A stretch of 27,803 nt of DNA from a virus (IMGVR_UViG_3300006875_000115:1-27803); one strand, 5' to 3'; counted from the first letter of the stretch, positions 17,737-26,099 are shown. Notes: generated from the letters alone by a model not told the origin. Numbers and translations are program-made.

Positions 17737-18007
17737 TGTTCATTATCTTTTTTGGTTTTGGTTTATTTGGAAAAATTGGATCGGATGTTATTTTAATTGA
17801 GCATTTCTTACATACTGTATAATTATTGATATTAATGATTTTATTTTCCTCCGTTACATCAATGAGAGTTACCATTGTGCAAAAATATTTGTATAATGGA
17901 ATATCTTCCTCACATGAAAAACATACTCTGTTTTCCTTTGATTTCTTAATTGGAGAAAGAGATAATAACCTTTCTCCATTAACTTTCATGTATTCTTCAA
18001 AGTCCAT
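17714..18007 (-). CDS. hypothetical Zn-finger-like protein
   Basis: CFSC and CKKC pairs; TAATG coupling to gp44. Confidence 0.6.
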   Translation of the reverse strand: MDFEEYMKVNGERLLSLSPIKKSKENRVCFSCEEDIPLYKYFCTMVTLIDVTEENKIININNYTVCKKCSIKITSDPIFPNKPKPKKIMNNDTKLSG

Positions 18008-18957
18008 TATTTATACTCAATAGTCATTAGTTCGGTTAAGCACGCGGCAAGATTAATTTCCTGGGACGCAACAAATGCTGATTGATATTGATATTTACCA
18101 ATAATTAAAATAGCATCTGGAATTGAGTCTTTCATGCAATGGGATAATAGCAGTTCATATAAGCTATTATATACATTGATACCTAAATTACTGTATAGCT
18201 TGCCAGTATAGTTTCTAATTTCAGTAAAATTCTTGGCCTTTAAAAATGATACTAATGAGGTAACGTCTAGATCGTTTTCCAGAAGTGAATCTAATGTAAT
18301 ATCACCATTAATTGATAGGCCCTGTAGTTTATTGAGAATTCTGCGAAAATCTGGAAAATGTTCCTGAATAATACTTGTCAATGCATTCTTATCGTATTTT
18401 ACACTTTTCTGATCAAGAATATATCTACATTTTTTATAGAATTCCATGGCAATATCAGGAATTTCTTTATTCTTGAATTTAAATTCAATTACATGACACC
18501 GACTATGTAAAGGTTCAATAATTTTATTGAACATATTACAAGTGAGAATGAACCCACAATTGTTTTTATGTTCATCCATAAAGTTTCTTAGAGCGGGCTG
18601 AGTAGAATTATGATTTAGATAGTCAGCTTCGTCTAGAATAACAAATTTACGTTTATCCTTAAATGATACCGTAGATGCGAAATTCTTAATCTCGTTTCGT
18701 AGAGTATCAATGCCGCCATCCATACTACCATTGATCATGATATAGTCAACATCAAGTTGTTCAACAATCGCCTTCGCTACAGTTGTTTTACCGATTCCTG
18801 GGGTTCCTGTGAAAATGAGATTTGGGAAATCTTCACTTGATACGATATTTTTAAGTAAATCCTTGATCCTAGCTGGTAGAATACAATCATCAATAACTCT
18901 GGGGCGATATTTTTCTTCCCAGATAAAACTCTCTATGCTCATATTATTCTTCTCCAT
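18007..18957 (-). CDS. gp44: clamp loader AAA+ subunit (gp44-like)
   Basis: WEEKYRP, GTPGIGKT, ILDEAD, SRC and FPDFRR. Confidence 0.96.
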   Translation of the reverse strand: MEKNNMSIESFIWEEKYRPRVIDDCILPARIKDLLKNIVSSEDFPNLIFTGTPGIGKTTVAKAIVEQLDVDYIMINGSMDGGIDTLRNEIKNFASTVSFKDKRKFVILDEADYLNHNSTQPALRNFMDEHKNNCGFILTCNMFNKIIEPLHSRCHVIEFKFKNKEIPDIAMEFYKKCRYILDQKSVKYDKNALTSIIQEHFPDFRRILNKLQGLSINGDITLDSLLENDLDVTSLVSFLKAKNFTEIRNYTGKLYSNLGINVYNSLYELLLSHCMKDSIPDAILIIGKYQYQSAFVASQEINLAACLTELMTIEYK

Positions 18958-18970
18958 TATATAATTATTG

Positions 18971-19648
18971 TTATTCTGCGTTAGCCGGTGCTACCCAATA
19001 AACTATTGCTTTATCATCACTCTCAAATTGTAGTAATTTAGAAGTTGGAATAGTTGTCACGTAGTTTCTTTTAATTAATTTGAGGTTGTCAATATTAAAG
19101 ACCCGCCTAAAATTAGTAGTAATCTCATCATTAATATTTTTAGTTCCGATTATATAACTACTGGATGTTTTATCTTTATAATTCCCGGCGATAATATTGA
19201 TTTCTCCGGTATCACTATCACCTTCAATAGTAACATCCTTTGATTTTAGAATACTGCAAGCCTTTAGAATATTGTCAAAATCTGAGGAACTAAAATAGAA
19301 TTGTGTGATAACGTCATTAGGAGAAATATCAATTCTCTTATATGGTGAACTGATAATACTATCTACATTAGTAAATGTATATTTTACGGTTTTGTTGTCA
19401 TCTTTCAGAATAACTTGATTTTTAGTAAACTCGGCTTTAGGTTCATTCAGAATTGATAGAATTCCTAGAAATTCATTTAAATCATAGATTGCAAATTCAA
19501 CGGGAATTTCTACATTAACCTTGGCCATTGAAACAATGTTCAATTCCTTTGATCGAGTAGAAACTATATTTCCAGGTTTAAATAGTATTGAGGAATTAAT
19601 AATACTGTAATTCCTCAATACTTCAATTAGATTATTCGTAAATTGCAT
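18971..19648 (-). CDS. gp45: sliding clamp (gp45-like)
   Basis: LRNYSIINSSI, FAIYDLNEFL, NLKLI and C-terminal YWVA; synteny. Confidence 0.92.
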   Translation of the reverse strand: MQFTNNLIEVLRNYSIINSSILFKPGNIVSTRSKELNIVSMAKVNVEIPVEFAIYDLNEFLGILSILNEPKAEFTKNQVILKDDNKTVKYTFTNVDSIISSPYKRIDISPNDVITQFYFSSSDFDNILKACSILKSKDVTIEGDSDTGEINIIAGNYKDKTSSSYIIGTKNINDEITTNFRRVFNIDNLKLIKRNYVTTIPTSKLLQFESDDKAIVYWVAPANAE

Positions 19649-19675
19649 AATATAGACTCCAGTTATTAGTTATAA

Positions 19676-21622
19676 TTAAGTAGTAATCTTTTTATTCTTT
19701 TTTAGTTGATTAACATCGGCAGTTGCGCTTGCTCCTAATTGTGCAAGGTCTGCAAGTGTTCCCCCGAATATGTATGATCCTACATGCTGCAATGCCATCC
19801 AGGGACATAGCCATACTTTACCGCCCATCTTTCTCACATTCTGACAAAAGAAATAATCTTCTGATAGATATCTTTTTGTCTCTGGTTCAATGATACAATC
19901 AAAATATGCAACAATTTCTCTGCTGCCATCGAATGCATCCGTGCGAACATGATCGGGCTTATAACTATACTGTGGATACGCCTCTTTGTAAAGGTCAAAA
20001 GTTTTACGACGAATCATCATAAATCCAGTTCCGGTTTCCAGAACTTCGGCAGGTTCATTAATTTGAATATGAGTAGTATTGCTGGCAGGATTAAAGACAT
20101 AATCTCCAACATATTTATTTAAATTCTCTGGATCGTCATCGGCAAATCCCTTATCGACTGCCATCTTAATTTTTTCCCAGCTAATACAATTAGCAATAAA
20201 AACTGTATTATATAGGAAATTGTGATTATTCTCTACACCAATATCATATTGATCACTATCATAGTCAATTTTCTCTACAGATTCAATTTTAGTAGCAGCA
20301 AATTCTAATCTATCATTATTTAATGGAATGAATTCACTATTTCTATATTTTTCTGGAAGTTTATATTGCATATATTCTGGAATATGTTTTGATATAATTT
20401 GAAAAAATTTATCAGCATCATCATTAACAAATCTTAGTCTTTTATATGTTCTTTTAGTATCGTCATTGGCTGTAGGTTGCATTTCGTCAATACGAATATT
20501 AAATCCATAGGTATTTTTAAAATATTCGACAAGAAGTAATTGATCATCATCAGAAAATCCCTGAGTATTTAATTCACAATAATGTGCAGTATCGCCAGAC
20601 TTCTTTAAACAACCATCATCCATATACCAAAATGCTAAGGCAATATCATTGATGTATGGGATTATGTTCTTTACAGTTTTCTTATTATTTTCAAAAAATA
20701 ATTCTCTGGCATATTTTGTTTGTCCATTGACTATAGACGAAAGTTGAAAAATTTGTGAAGTAGAATATCCAACTGATTTATATTCTCTAATAGTTCCACC
20801 AAAAAGATTTCTTTTATATTCTAGATATTCTTTTTGTTTTTCTCCATGGCTACATGATAATCTATTATCCCTACCGGATATATGGCTATCTCCCATCAAT
20901 GTTCCAATTAACGAAGAAACGACATCTGTATTATATAAAGCCTGTGATCTTACGTTTTCTGGATTTAAAGATGTGTATTTCCCGACCATTTCATCAACTT
21001 TTTTAAATTGAATAGTTGGCCTAAATAAATCTTCAACATATGAAATTTCATGATCATAAGTCATAATCAATTTTTTAGCTTTAGTTGGATGTTTTGATAA
21101 TTTAACTTCAACCCATTTATTATTATTAGGATTTACATGATGTTCTAAAATATTATTCCAGGCAGTTTTACCATTTTCATCAATGGTTAATACTTTTCCA
21201 TTATATTTGTTATCAACAATCCATTTAATTCTTTTGTAACCGTCCTCAGTTAAAATTTTGGCATTTTTATGAATTGATTTTTTTGGATACGGACCGGCTA
21301 ATACATCATATGGAGATTCATCAGACATCATGGCAAGCATAGCAATAACATCATTAGCATTGAAACCAATATCGGCGTCAACGAATAGAAAATGAGTAGA
21401 ATCACTACGTAGAAATTCATCTACACAATAATTTCTTGCGCGGGGAATTAATGATTCGTTGAATAAAGAGTAGAATTTCATTTCTATTCCATATTTCATA
21501 CAAACTGCTGTTAGATCAGATATTGACCTATTATAGATACCAGCACACATGCCCCCATACATTGGCGTGCTAAGAAATAATTTCTTTTTTTGTAGTTCTT
21601 CGTGGGTAATTTTAATTTCCAT
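19676..21622 (-). CDS. GT-A glycosyltransferase-like protein precursor containing an intein
   Basis: Exteins carry TPMYGG, ESLIPRARN, FLFVDAD (DxD), GTGFMMI and YLSEDYFFC; predicted spliced product 285 aa. Confidence 0.8.
   Translation of the reverse strand: MEIKITHEELQKKKLFLSTPMYGGMCAGIYNRSISDLTAVCMKYGIEMKFYSLFNESLIPRARNYCVDEFLRSDSTHFLFVDADIGFNANDVIAMLAMMSDESPYDVLAGPYPKKSIHKNAKILTEDGYKRIKWIVDNKYNGKVLTIDENGKTAWNNILEHHVNPNNNKWVEVKLSKHPTKAKKLIMTYDHEISYVEDLFRPTIQFKKVDEMVGKYTSLNPENVRSQALYNTDVVSSLIGTLMGDSHISGRDNRLSCSHGEKQKEYLEYKRNLFGGTIREYKSVGYSTSQIFQLSSIVNGQTKYARELFFENNKKTVKNIIPYINDIALAFWYMDDGCLKKSGDTAHYCELNTQGFSDDDQLLLVEYFKNTYGFNIRIDEMQPTANDDTKRTYKRLRFVNDDADKFFQIISKHIPEYMQYKLPEKYRNSEFIPLNNDRLEFAATKIESVEKIDYDSDQYDIGVENNHNFLYNTVFIANCISWEKIKMAVDKGFADDDPENLNKYVGDYVFNPASNTTHIQINEPAEVLETGTGFMMIRRKTFDLYKEAYPQYSYKPDHVRTDAFDGSREIVAYFDCIIEPETKRYLSEDYFFCQNVRKMGGKVWLCPWMALQHVGSYIFGGTLADLAQLGASATADVNQLKKNKKITT
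20189..21277 (-). mobile_element. intein with LAGLIDADG homing endonuclease (363 aa, residues 116-478)
   Basis: Block A SIHKNAKILTEDG, block B TYDH, LAGLIDADG-type LIGTLMGDS and LAFWYMDDG, block F YDIGVENNHNF, C-terminal FIAN followed by Cys+1. Removal restores YPKK|CISWEK. Confidence 0.9.
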
Positions 21623-22288
21623 TTAGGTTTCCTTAGAATAATTTTCTCTTGTTATAAATTTGCCGGTCACATCATGGTTCATAATACGACCAACGGCCCA
21701 GTTTTCACCTAAAAATTTATTTAAATCTTCGGGTTTAATTCTTTTATGTTTTCCATCTTTATTGATCCATAGTCTATTATTACAACTGTCTCGATTTTTA
21801 TAATAAGTAGATTTAAATTCTGGATCAATATTATTCATGGCTATTTTAGTATTTTTCTTTATTAGTGCTAGTTGTTCATCGGAATATCTATTGGTAACTC
21901 CTTTAAATATACTTTTCTGAACTCCAATTTTACCTTTGTTCCATGGTGCAGAACCTTTTTTCCTTATAAAATCATCTAAACCGCCAGGATTTCGCTGATT
22001 GAGGAATCGTTTATCCCTAACTATGTTCATTCTTTTAATAACTTTAATTTCCCAAAGTCTAGTAGAAATTTTATCATTAAATTTTTTACGGATTTGAATT
22101 ACATTAGGTTCGCCATGATTTTCTCTAATATTTTTAACTAATTTAGATGAAGTGAAATATTTCTTCCATAAATCACTTGGATTACACCCGGCGGCATATC
22201 TACATCCATAATACCAAAGGTCTAAATTCGACCAACCTATCAGATATGTATATGGTATAGTTTCTTCATTTTCAATATTTGTATAAAT
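21623..22288 (-). CDS. GIY-YIG (Seg-like) homing endonuclease; start codon unclear
   Basis: The frame of the 21623..22030 ORF stays open to 22312 and encodes PYTYLIGW...WYYGCR...YFTSS...E...FLN. C-terminus has PWNKG and WINKDG NUMOD-like motifs. No in-frame ATG/GTG/TTG precedes the nuclease domain; an ATT at 22288 follows GGAG. Confidence 0.75.
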   Translation of the reverse strand: MYTNIENEETIPYTYLIGWSNLDLWYYGCRYAAGCNPSDLWKKYFTSSKLVKNIRENHGEPNVIQIRKKFNDKISTRLWEIKVIKRMNIVRDKRFLNQRNPGGLDDFIRKKGSAPWNKGKIGVQKSIFKGVTNRYSDEQLALIKKNTKIAMNNIDPEFKSTYYKNRDSCNNRLWINKDGKHKRIKPEDLNKFLGENWAVGRIMNHDVTGKFITRENYSKET

Positions 22289-22361
22289 TTTATTAACTCC
22301 ACTTTCACTTAATTATTTCATATTATTTGATTGATATTTTCTTGAGACTTGATTTTCCATA

Positions 22362-22391
22362 TTGACAGGAGTTAACTCTACTGTATATCAT
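22362..22391 (+). promoter_or_regulatory. sigma70-type promoter
   Basis: TTGACA-18 nt-TATCAT upstream of the DNA methyltransferase. Confidence 0.5.
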
Positions 22392-22440
22392 AGTCTGCAA
22401 TATTATATATGAATTCAAATGAACATAATGAGGGAAAAAT

Positions 22441-23076
22441 ATGAGTTTTATTACAACAAATGATGATGCAATGGGAAATTCTAATTTTAAGAGAAATGAA
22501 TTAGATTATTATCCCACACCAAAATGGGTTACTGTTGCCGTAATGGATACTTTACTTAAACATAATCATATTAATCATAATTATTCCATATGGGAACCTG
22601 CCTGTGGTGAAGGACATATGGTAAAGGTATTAGAGGAATATCCTAATCAAGTATTCTACTCTGATATTAAAGATTATGGATATGGACGAGATTTTATTAT
22701 TGGAAATTTCTTATTAGACCAAGGTAAAAATGGCGAATCGTCCTTTTTAAATAAAACCTTTACATCAATTATTACTAATCCCCCATATGGTGATGATGCA
22801 GAGAAATTTATTGAACATGCATTAAAAATTTCCAACAAATTAATTGGTGTTTGTGCATTTCTATTACGTAATGAATATGATTGTTCCAAGGGTCGGGCAC
22901 ATCTTTTTAATCAATATCCATTTGCTCGTAAATTAGTTCTGACAAGCCGACCAAGATGGATTGAGGGATCAACCGGCGCACCACGACATAATTATGCATG
23001 GTATATTTGGGATTACAAATATATAAATAAGTCACCAGTTATTGAATATTATATTAAACCTAAAGATCAGACATAA
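22441..23076 (+). CDS. amino (N6A/N4C) DNA methyltransferase, orphan
   Basis: DYYPTP, motif I WEPACGEG, catalytic ITNPPY; GAGG SD. Confidence 0.88.
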   Translation: MSFITTNDDAMGNSNFKRNELDYYPTPKWVTVAVMDTLLKHNHINHNYSIWEPACGEGHMVKVLEEYPNQVFYSDIKDYGYGRDFIIGNFLLDQGKNGESSFLNKTFTSIITNPPYGDDAEKFIEHALKISNKLIGVCAFLLRNEYDCSKGRAHLFNQYPFARKLVLTSRPRWIEGSTGAPRHNYAWYIWDYKYINKSPVIEYYIKPKDQT

Positions 23077-23101
23077 ATCATAGAAAGTTGGTATTTAGGT
23101 G

Positions 23102-23130
23102 TTGACATGGATGTATGATCTGAGTATAAT
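23102..23130 (+). promoter_or_regulatory. consensus sigma70 promoter
   Basis: TTGACA-17 nt-TATAAT. Confidence 0.85.
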
Positions 23131-23167
23131 GCGTCCATAGAATAAAGGAATGAAGAACCTATGAAAA

Positions 23168-23707
23168 TTGGCTTGGACTAAAGAATCGAGAGAAAAGGCT
23201 ATATTGGCTAAACGATTAAGTGGATATAGTAACCAATTTTCAAAAGCTAAGGCTTTAAATCTCGATATACCAACAGCATATAATAAAAATAAGCCTGGAA
23301 CTTTTAAGGGAAAGAAACACTCCCAAGAGAGTAAGGATAAAATAAGAGAAAAAGCACTATTGTCAGATCATAGAAGATTAAAGAAGAAAATGATCGAATA
23401 TAATGGAATATTGTTAGATTCGACTTGGGAATTAATTTTAGCAAAAAGACTAGATAGTTTAAATGTTAAATGGATAAGACCTAAGCCAATAAAATGGAAA
23501 GATAGTGATGGCGTATTTCATAATTATTTTCCAGATTTTTATCTAGAAAAATATGATTTATATATTGACACTAAAAATCCATATGCATGTATAGTTCAAG
23601 CAGATAAGATAGTGATACTGAAAAATCTCTTGACAAACCTTCTAATCTTGGATAATATCAGAGATATAGAGACATATAACCCAGACGTAACCGAGGTAGA
23701 CTTCTAA
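23168..23707 (+). CDS. putative homing endonuclease: NUMOD3 plus PD-(D/E)xK (TnsA-like) domain
   Basis: FKGKKHSQESKDKI (NUMOD3); DSTWE...YFPDFYL...LYIDTK. TTG start; the ATG at 23161 is 1 nt out of frame. Confidence 0.75.
   Translation: MAWTKESREKAILAKRLSGYSNQFSKAKALNLDIPTAYNKNKPGTFKGKKHSQESKDKIREKALLSDHRRLKKKMIEYNGILLDSTWELILAKRLDSLNVKWIRPKPIKWKDSDGVFHNYFPDFYLEKYDLYIDTKNPYACIVQADKIVILKNLLTNLLILDNIRDIETYNPDVTEVDF
23630..23658 (+). promoter_or_regulatory. sigma70-type promoter inside the endonuclease gene, facing the tRNA-like gene
   Basis: TTGACA-17 nt-TAATAT ending about 20 nt before the RNA at 23681. Confidence 0.6.
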
Positions 23708-23763
23708 TCTATTAAACGTAAATGGAGTTGAAAATGGGGGTTCGAGTCCCTCCGTCTGGGCCA
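23681..23763 (+). tRNA. atypical tRNA-Arg(TCT)-like RNA lacking a normally placed D-arm
   Basis: Acceptor CCAGACG/CGTCTGG plus GCCA; anticodon arm GTAGA-CTTCTAA-TCTAT; T-arm GGGGG-TTCGAGT-CCCTC. Only 8 nt occupy the D-arm position and the variable region is 23 nt. Confidence 0.7.
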
Positions 23764-23779
23764 ATTTAAAGGAAATAAT

Positions 23780-23998
23780 ATGAATAAAAAATTTGAACAT
23801 AAAGGATATTCTTTTTCAATTGATGAAGAACTTGAAAAAGAATTAAATGAAAAATTTTATATAGATGCGAGTAAAGAAATTAAACATGCTATTGATATTG
23901 ATATTTTGACGAATATTAATACAAAAAATAAAATGGAAAATGAAAATAATCATGAAAATCAAATCTTTAATTGTAGGATCATTTCTATTATTGAGTAG
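23780..23998 (+). CDS. hypothetical protein
   Basis: 72 aa with AAAGGA SD. Confidence 0.55.
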   Translation: MNKKFEHKGYSFSIDEELEKELNEKFYIDASKEIKHAIDIDILTNINTKNKMENENNHENQIFNCRIISIIE

Positions 23999-24308
23999 TC
24001 TTTCGTATGCTGCTCCACCAGAAAATGCTGATCCGGCATTGGGACCATTTTTCAAGTCATTAGAAATTCCGGGGACAAACGTATCATGTTGTGATATGTC
24101 AGATTGCCGCCCGGTTGAAGTTAGAATTAATAATAACAAATTAGAGATTTTTACTAATTCTAAGACATTTTCAGATGGAACAAATGAATGGGTGATTGTT
24201 CCAGAGGGTAGAGTTTTAAGCCCAAGAGTAAATCCCGTTGGAGAACCAATAGCTTGTTGGACTAAGGCAATAGGTGTTATTTGTTTTCTAAATGGATCAG
24301 GCGTATAA
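23952..24308 (+). CDS. secreted Cys-rich protein
   Basis: Signal peptide MKIKSLIVGSFLLLSSLSYA-A; SCCDMSDCRP plus two more Cys. Start at 23940 or 23952. Confidence 0.7.
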   Translation: MKIKSLIVGSFLLLSSLSYAAPPENADPALGPFFKSLEIPGTNVSCCDMSDCRPVEVRINNNKLEIFTNSKTFSDGTNEWVIVPEGRVLSPRVNPVGEPIACWTKAIGVICFLNGSGV

Positions 24309-24335
24309 TAATCAATTTTATAAAGGAAATATATT

Positions 24336-25418
24336 ATGGATAAATTAGAACAACATATCGTGCTTATTCGTGATCATAGTATGTCTATGCTATCTCTCGC
24401 ACCAGCAGCAATGAAAGATTTCAATTCACTAATTGATACAATTCGGGAATCGGCAAAAGCTAATAATGTAGATACTACAGTATCAATCATTGAATGTGGT
24501 TCCCCATCTACTGATAGGGTAGATGCACTGTATAGTCCATTTCCGAATACCGGGCGGCGTTCTTATACCGAAAACTTTTTAGTTAATGTAGTTACAAAAT
24601 GTGAAAACATTAATTTCGTATTTAAAATGCTAAATTATAAAACTCCTGGTTCATCGACTCCACTACTAGATTCAGTAGGTAAGGGTATTGAACTAGGTAA
24701 GAAAATTCGTGAGAGTAATAAGAATATTCCAGTTCTGGTTATGACTATTACTGATGGTGGAGAAAATTCATCTTCTAATTGGAATAAGTATTCTATTGCT
24801 AATGAATTTAAAGAATTAGCAAAGACTGATATGTGGACGTTTGCTTTCCGTTGTCCAAAAGGATATTCTCGTCATCTACATTCACTAGGTATTAGTGCTG
24901 GTAATATCATTGAATGGGATCAAACTGAAAAAGGTATGCAAGAATCTACTGCATATACTGAAAGTGCCGTTCGTAATTATTATAATGATCGGACTGACAT
25001 TGGTGCAACATCAACACAAAAATTCTTCGTTGATACTTCTAAACTGAACACATCAACAGTAAAGCGGAAACTTACTCCAAATCCATATAATTCATATAAA
25101 GTATTTAATGTTGCGAATGTGTGTGATATTAAGACCTTCGTAAATGACACTTATGGATATTATCAAATTGGTGATTGGTATTATCAGCTAACTAAGACTG
25201 AAACTCTACAGTCATCCAAGATGATTATTATTCGTGATCGTAAAAATGGTGAAATGTATACTGGACTCGATGCTCGTGATCTGCTAGGATTACCAGAAGT
25301 TGGGCAGGTTAAAATCGTTCCAATCAATACTACGAAATATGACGTATTTGTTCAGTCTCTATCGGTAAATCGGAAGCTGATGCCAAATACTCAAATTATT
25401 AAATATACACGACCATAA
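24336..25418 (+). CDS. von Willebrand factor A domain protein
   Basis: MIDAS DHSMS, TPLLD and ITDGGEN; AAAGGA SD. Confidence 0.85.
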   Translation: MDKLEQHIVLIRDHSMSMLSLAPAAMKDFNSLIDTIRESAKANNVDTTVSIIECGSPSTDRVDALYSPFPNTGRRSYTENFLVNVVTKCENINFVFKMLNYKTPGSSTPLLDSVGKGIELGKKIRESNKNIPVLVMTITDGGENSSSNWNKYSIANEFKELAKTDMWTFAFRCPKGYSRHLHSLGISAGNIIEWDQTEKGMQESTAYTESAVRNYYNDRTDIGATSTQKFFVDTSKLNTSTVKRKLTPNPYNSYKVFNVANVCDIKTFVNDTYGYYQIGDWYYQLTKTETLQSSKMIIIRDRKNGEMYTGLDARDLLGLPEVGQVKIVPINTTKYDVFVQSLSVNRKLMPNTQIIKYTRP

Positions 25419-25429
25419 GGAATTAAACA

Positions 25430-25593
25430 ATGTCAGAAAAATTTATCGTTTACCTAAACGCATCCCATATAGAACCCAATAAATGGGATAAATATCAGTA
25501 TGATACTACAGAAAAATCATGAAATTTCTTGGTTCTGTAAATGTATTAGTTATTATTGATAATACACAATCAACTAAAATTCTAGGACTATAA
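25430..25593 (+). other. two coupled mini-ORFs (25430..25522 and 25519..25593) or one frameshifted 54-aa gene
   Basis: AAGGA SD and ATG at 25430; ATGA overlap at 25519; one more A in the run at 25512..25516 would fuse them. Confidence 0.35.
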
Positions 25594-25618
25594 ATAGAAA
25601 ATAACTTAGGATAATGTA

Positions 25619-25801
25619 ATGTCGAATCTTGAACAAGCTATTAATCTATTGTTTCCAAATTCTGGACCACGGGCACGAGACGTGAAATTTTCTTACGAAT
25701 CTGGTGCCACTGTAGAAAATATGGCACAACAGATTATAGTTTGTTATGAGAGTATGCAAGATGATACTAAAACTATACACAATATAGATAATTTAGTTTA
25801 A
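25619..25801 (+). CDS. hypothetical protein
   Basis: 60 aa with AGGA SD; TATAAATA at 25589..25596 lies upstream. Confidence 0.55.
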   Translation: MSNLEQAINLLFPNSGPRARDVKFSYESGATVENMAQQIIVCYESMQDDTKTIHNIDNLV

Positions 25802-25809
25802 TCAAGTAA

Positions 25810-25886
25810 CTTAGGATGCCAGAAATAGTTATGGGTCAGACTGCAAATCTGAATTAATGCGGATGCAAGTTCCGCTCCTAAGTCCA
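25810..25886 (+). tRNA. tRNA-Cys(GCA)
   Basis: Acceptor CTTAGGA/TCCTAAG, U73, CCA; anticodon arm TCAGA-CTGCAAA-TCTGA; T-arm GCGGA-TGCAAGT-TCCGC. Confidence 0.88.
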
Positions 25887-25919
25887 ATTTCTATCGTTAT
25901 TTACTGCACAGTAAATATT

Positions 25920-26078
25920 TTAAATTTATTCCATTTATAGAAGGTAAGGAAAGATTATATAAAAGAGTAATTTACTTTTATATAATGGGTGCTTGATCAA
26001 TACCTAAACGGAGAATGGGCAGATATTACGTTAACATCAGATACCTCACCGGCCAAGCTATAGATGGAATAAATTTAA
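25920..26078 (+). ncRNA. unclassified multi-stem structured RNA candidate
   Basis: 21-bp closing stem (25920..25940/26058..26078, one G-U) enclosing three helical arms; no ORF. Strand is inferred from G-U pairs and context. Confidence 0.6.
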
Positions 26079-26099
26079 GACAATATAGGAATCAATGAT

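Noticed and set aside
2227-18023. Short antisense ORFs in the track (e.g. 2227..2478, 2730..2930, 3360..3566, 3765..3947, 6016..6249, 6386..6688, 9948..10202, 10266..10535, 11035..11235, 13082..13372, 15794..16027, 16233..16454, 16606..16788, 17597..17800, 17826..18023)
   Set aside because: Each lies opposite a better-supported gene and shows no recognisable motif.
22441-23707. Methyltransferase plus nuclease as a type II restriction-modification system
   Set aside because: The nuclease has its own promoter and a NUMOD3 motif typical of homing endonucleases, and orphan methyltransferases are common in T4-like phages.
22674-24139. Antisense ORFs 22674..22889 and 23843..24139
   Set aside because: Shadows of the methyltransferase and the secreted-protein genes.
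25920-26078. Minimal RNase P RNA or hammerhead ribozyme
   Set aside because: AGGAAAG and CCGGC echo RNase P conserved regions, but the P4 pairing (GAAAGUCC with GGCUU) cannot form, and there is no CUGANGA core. Left unclassified.
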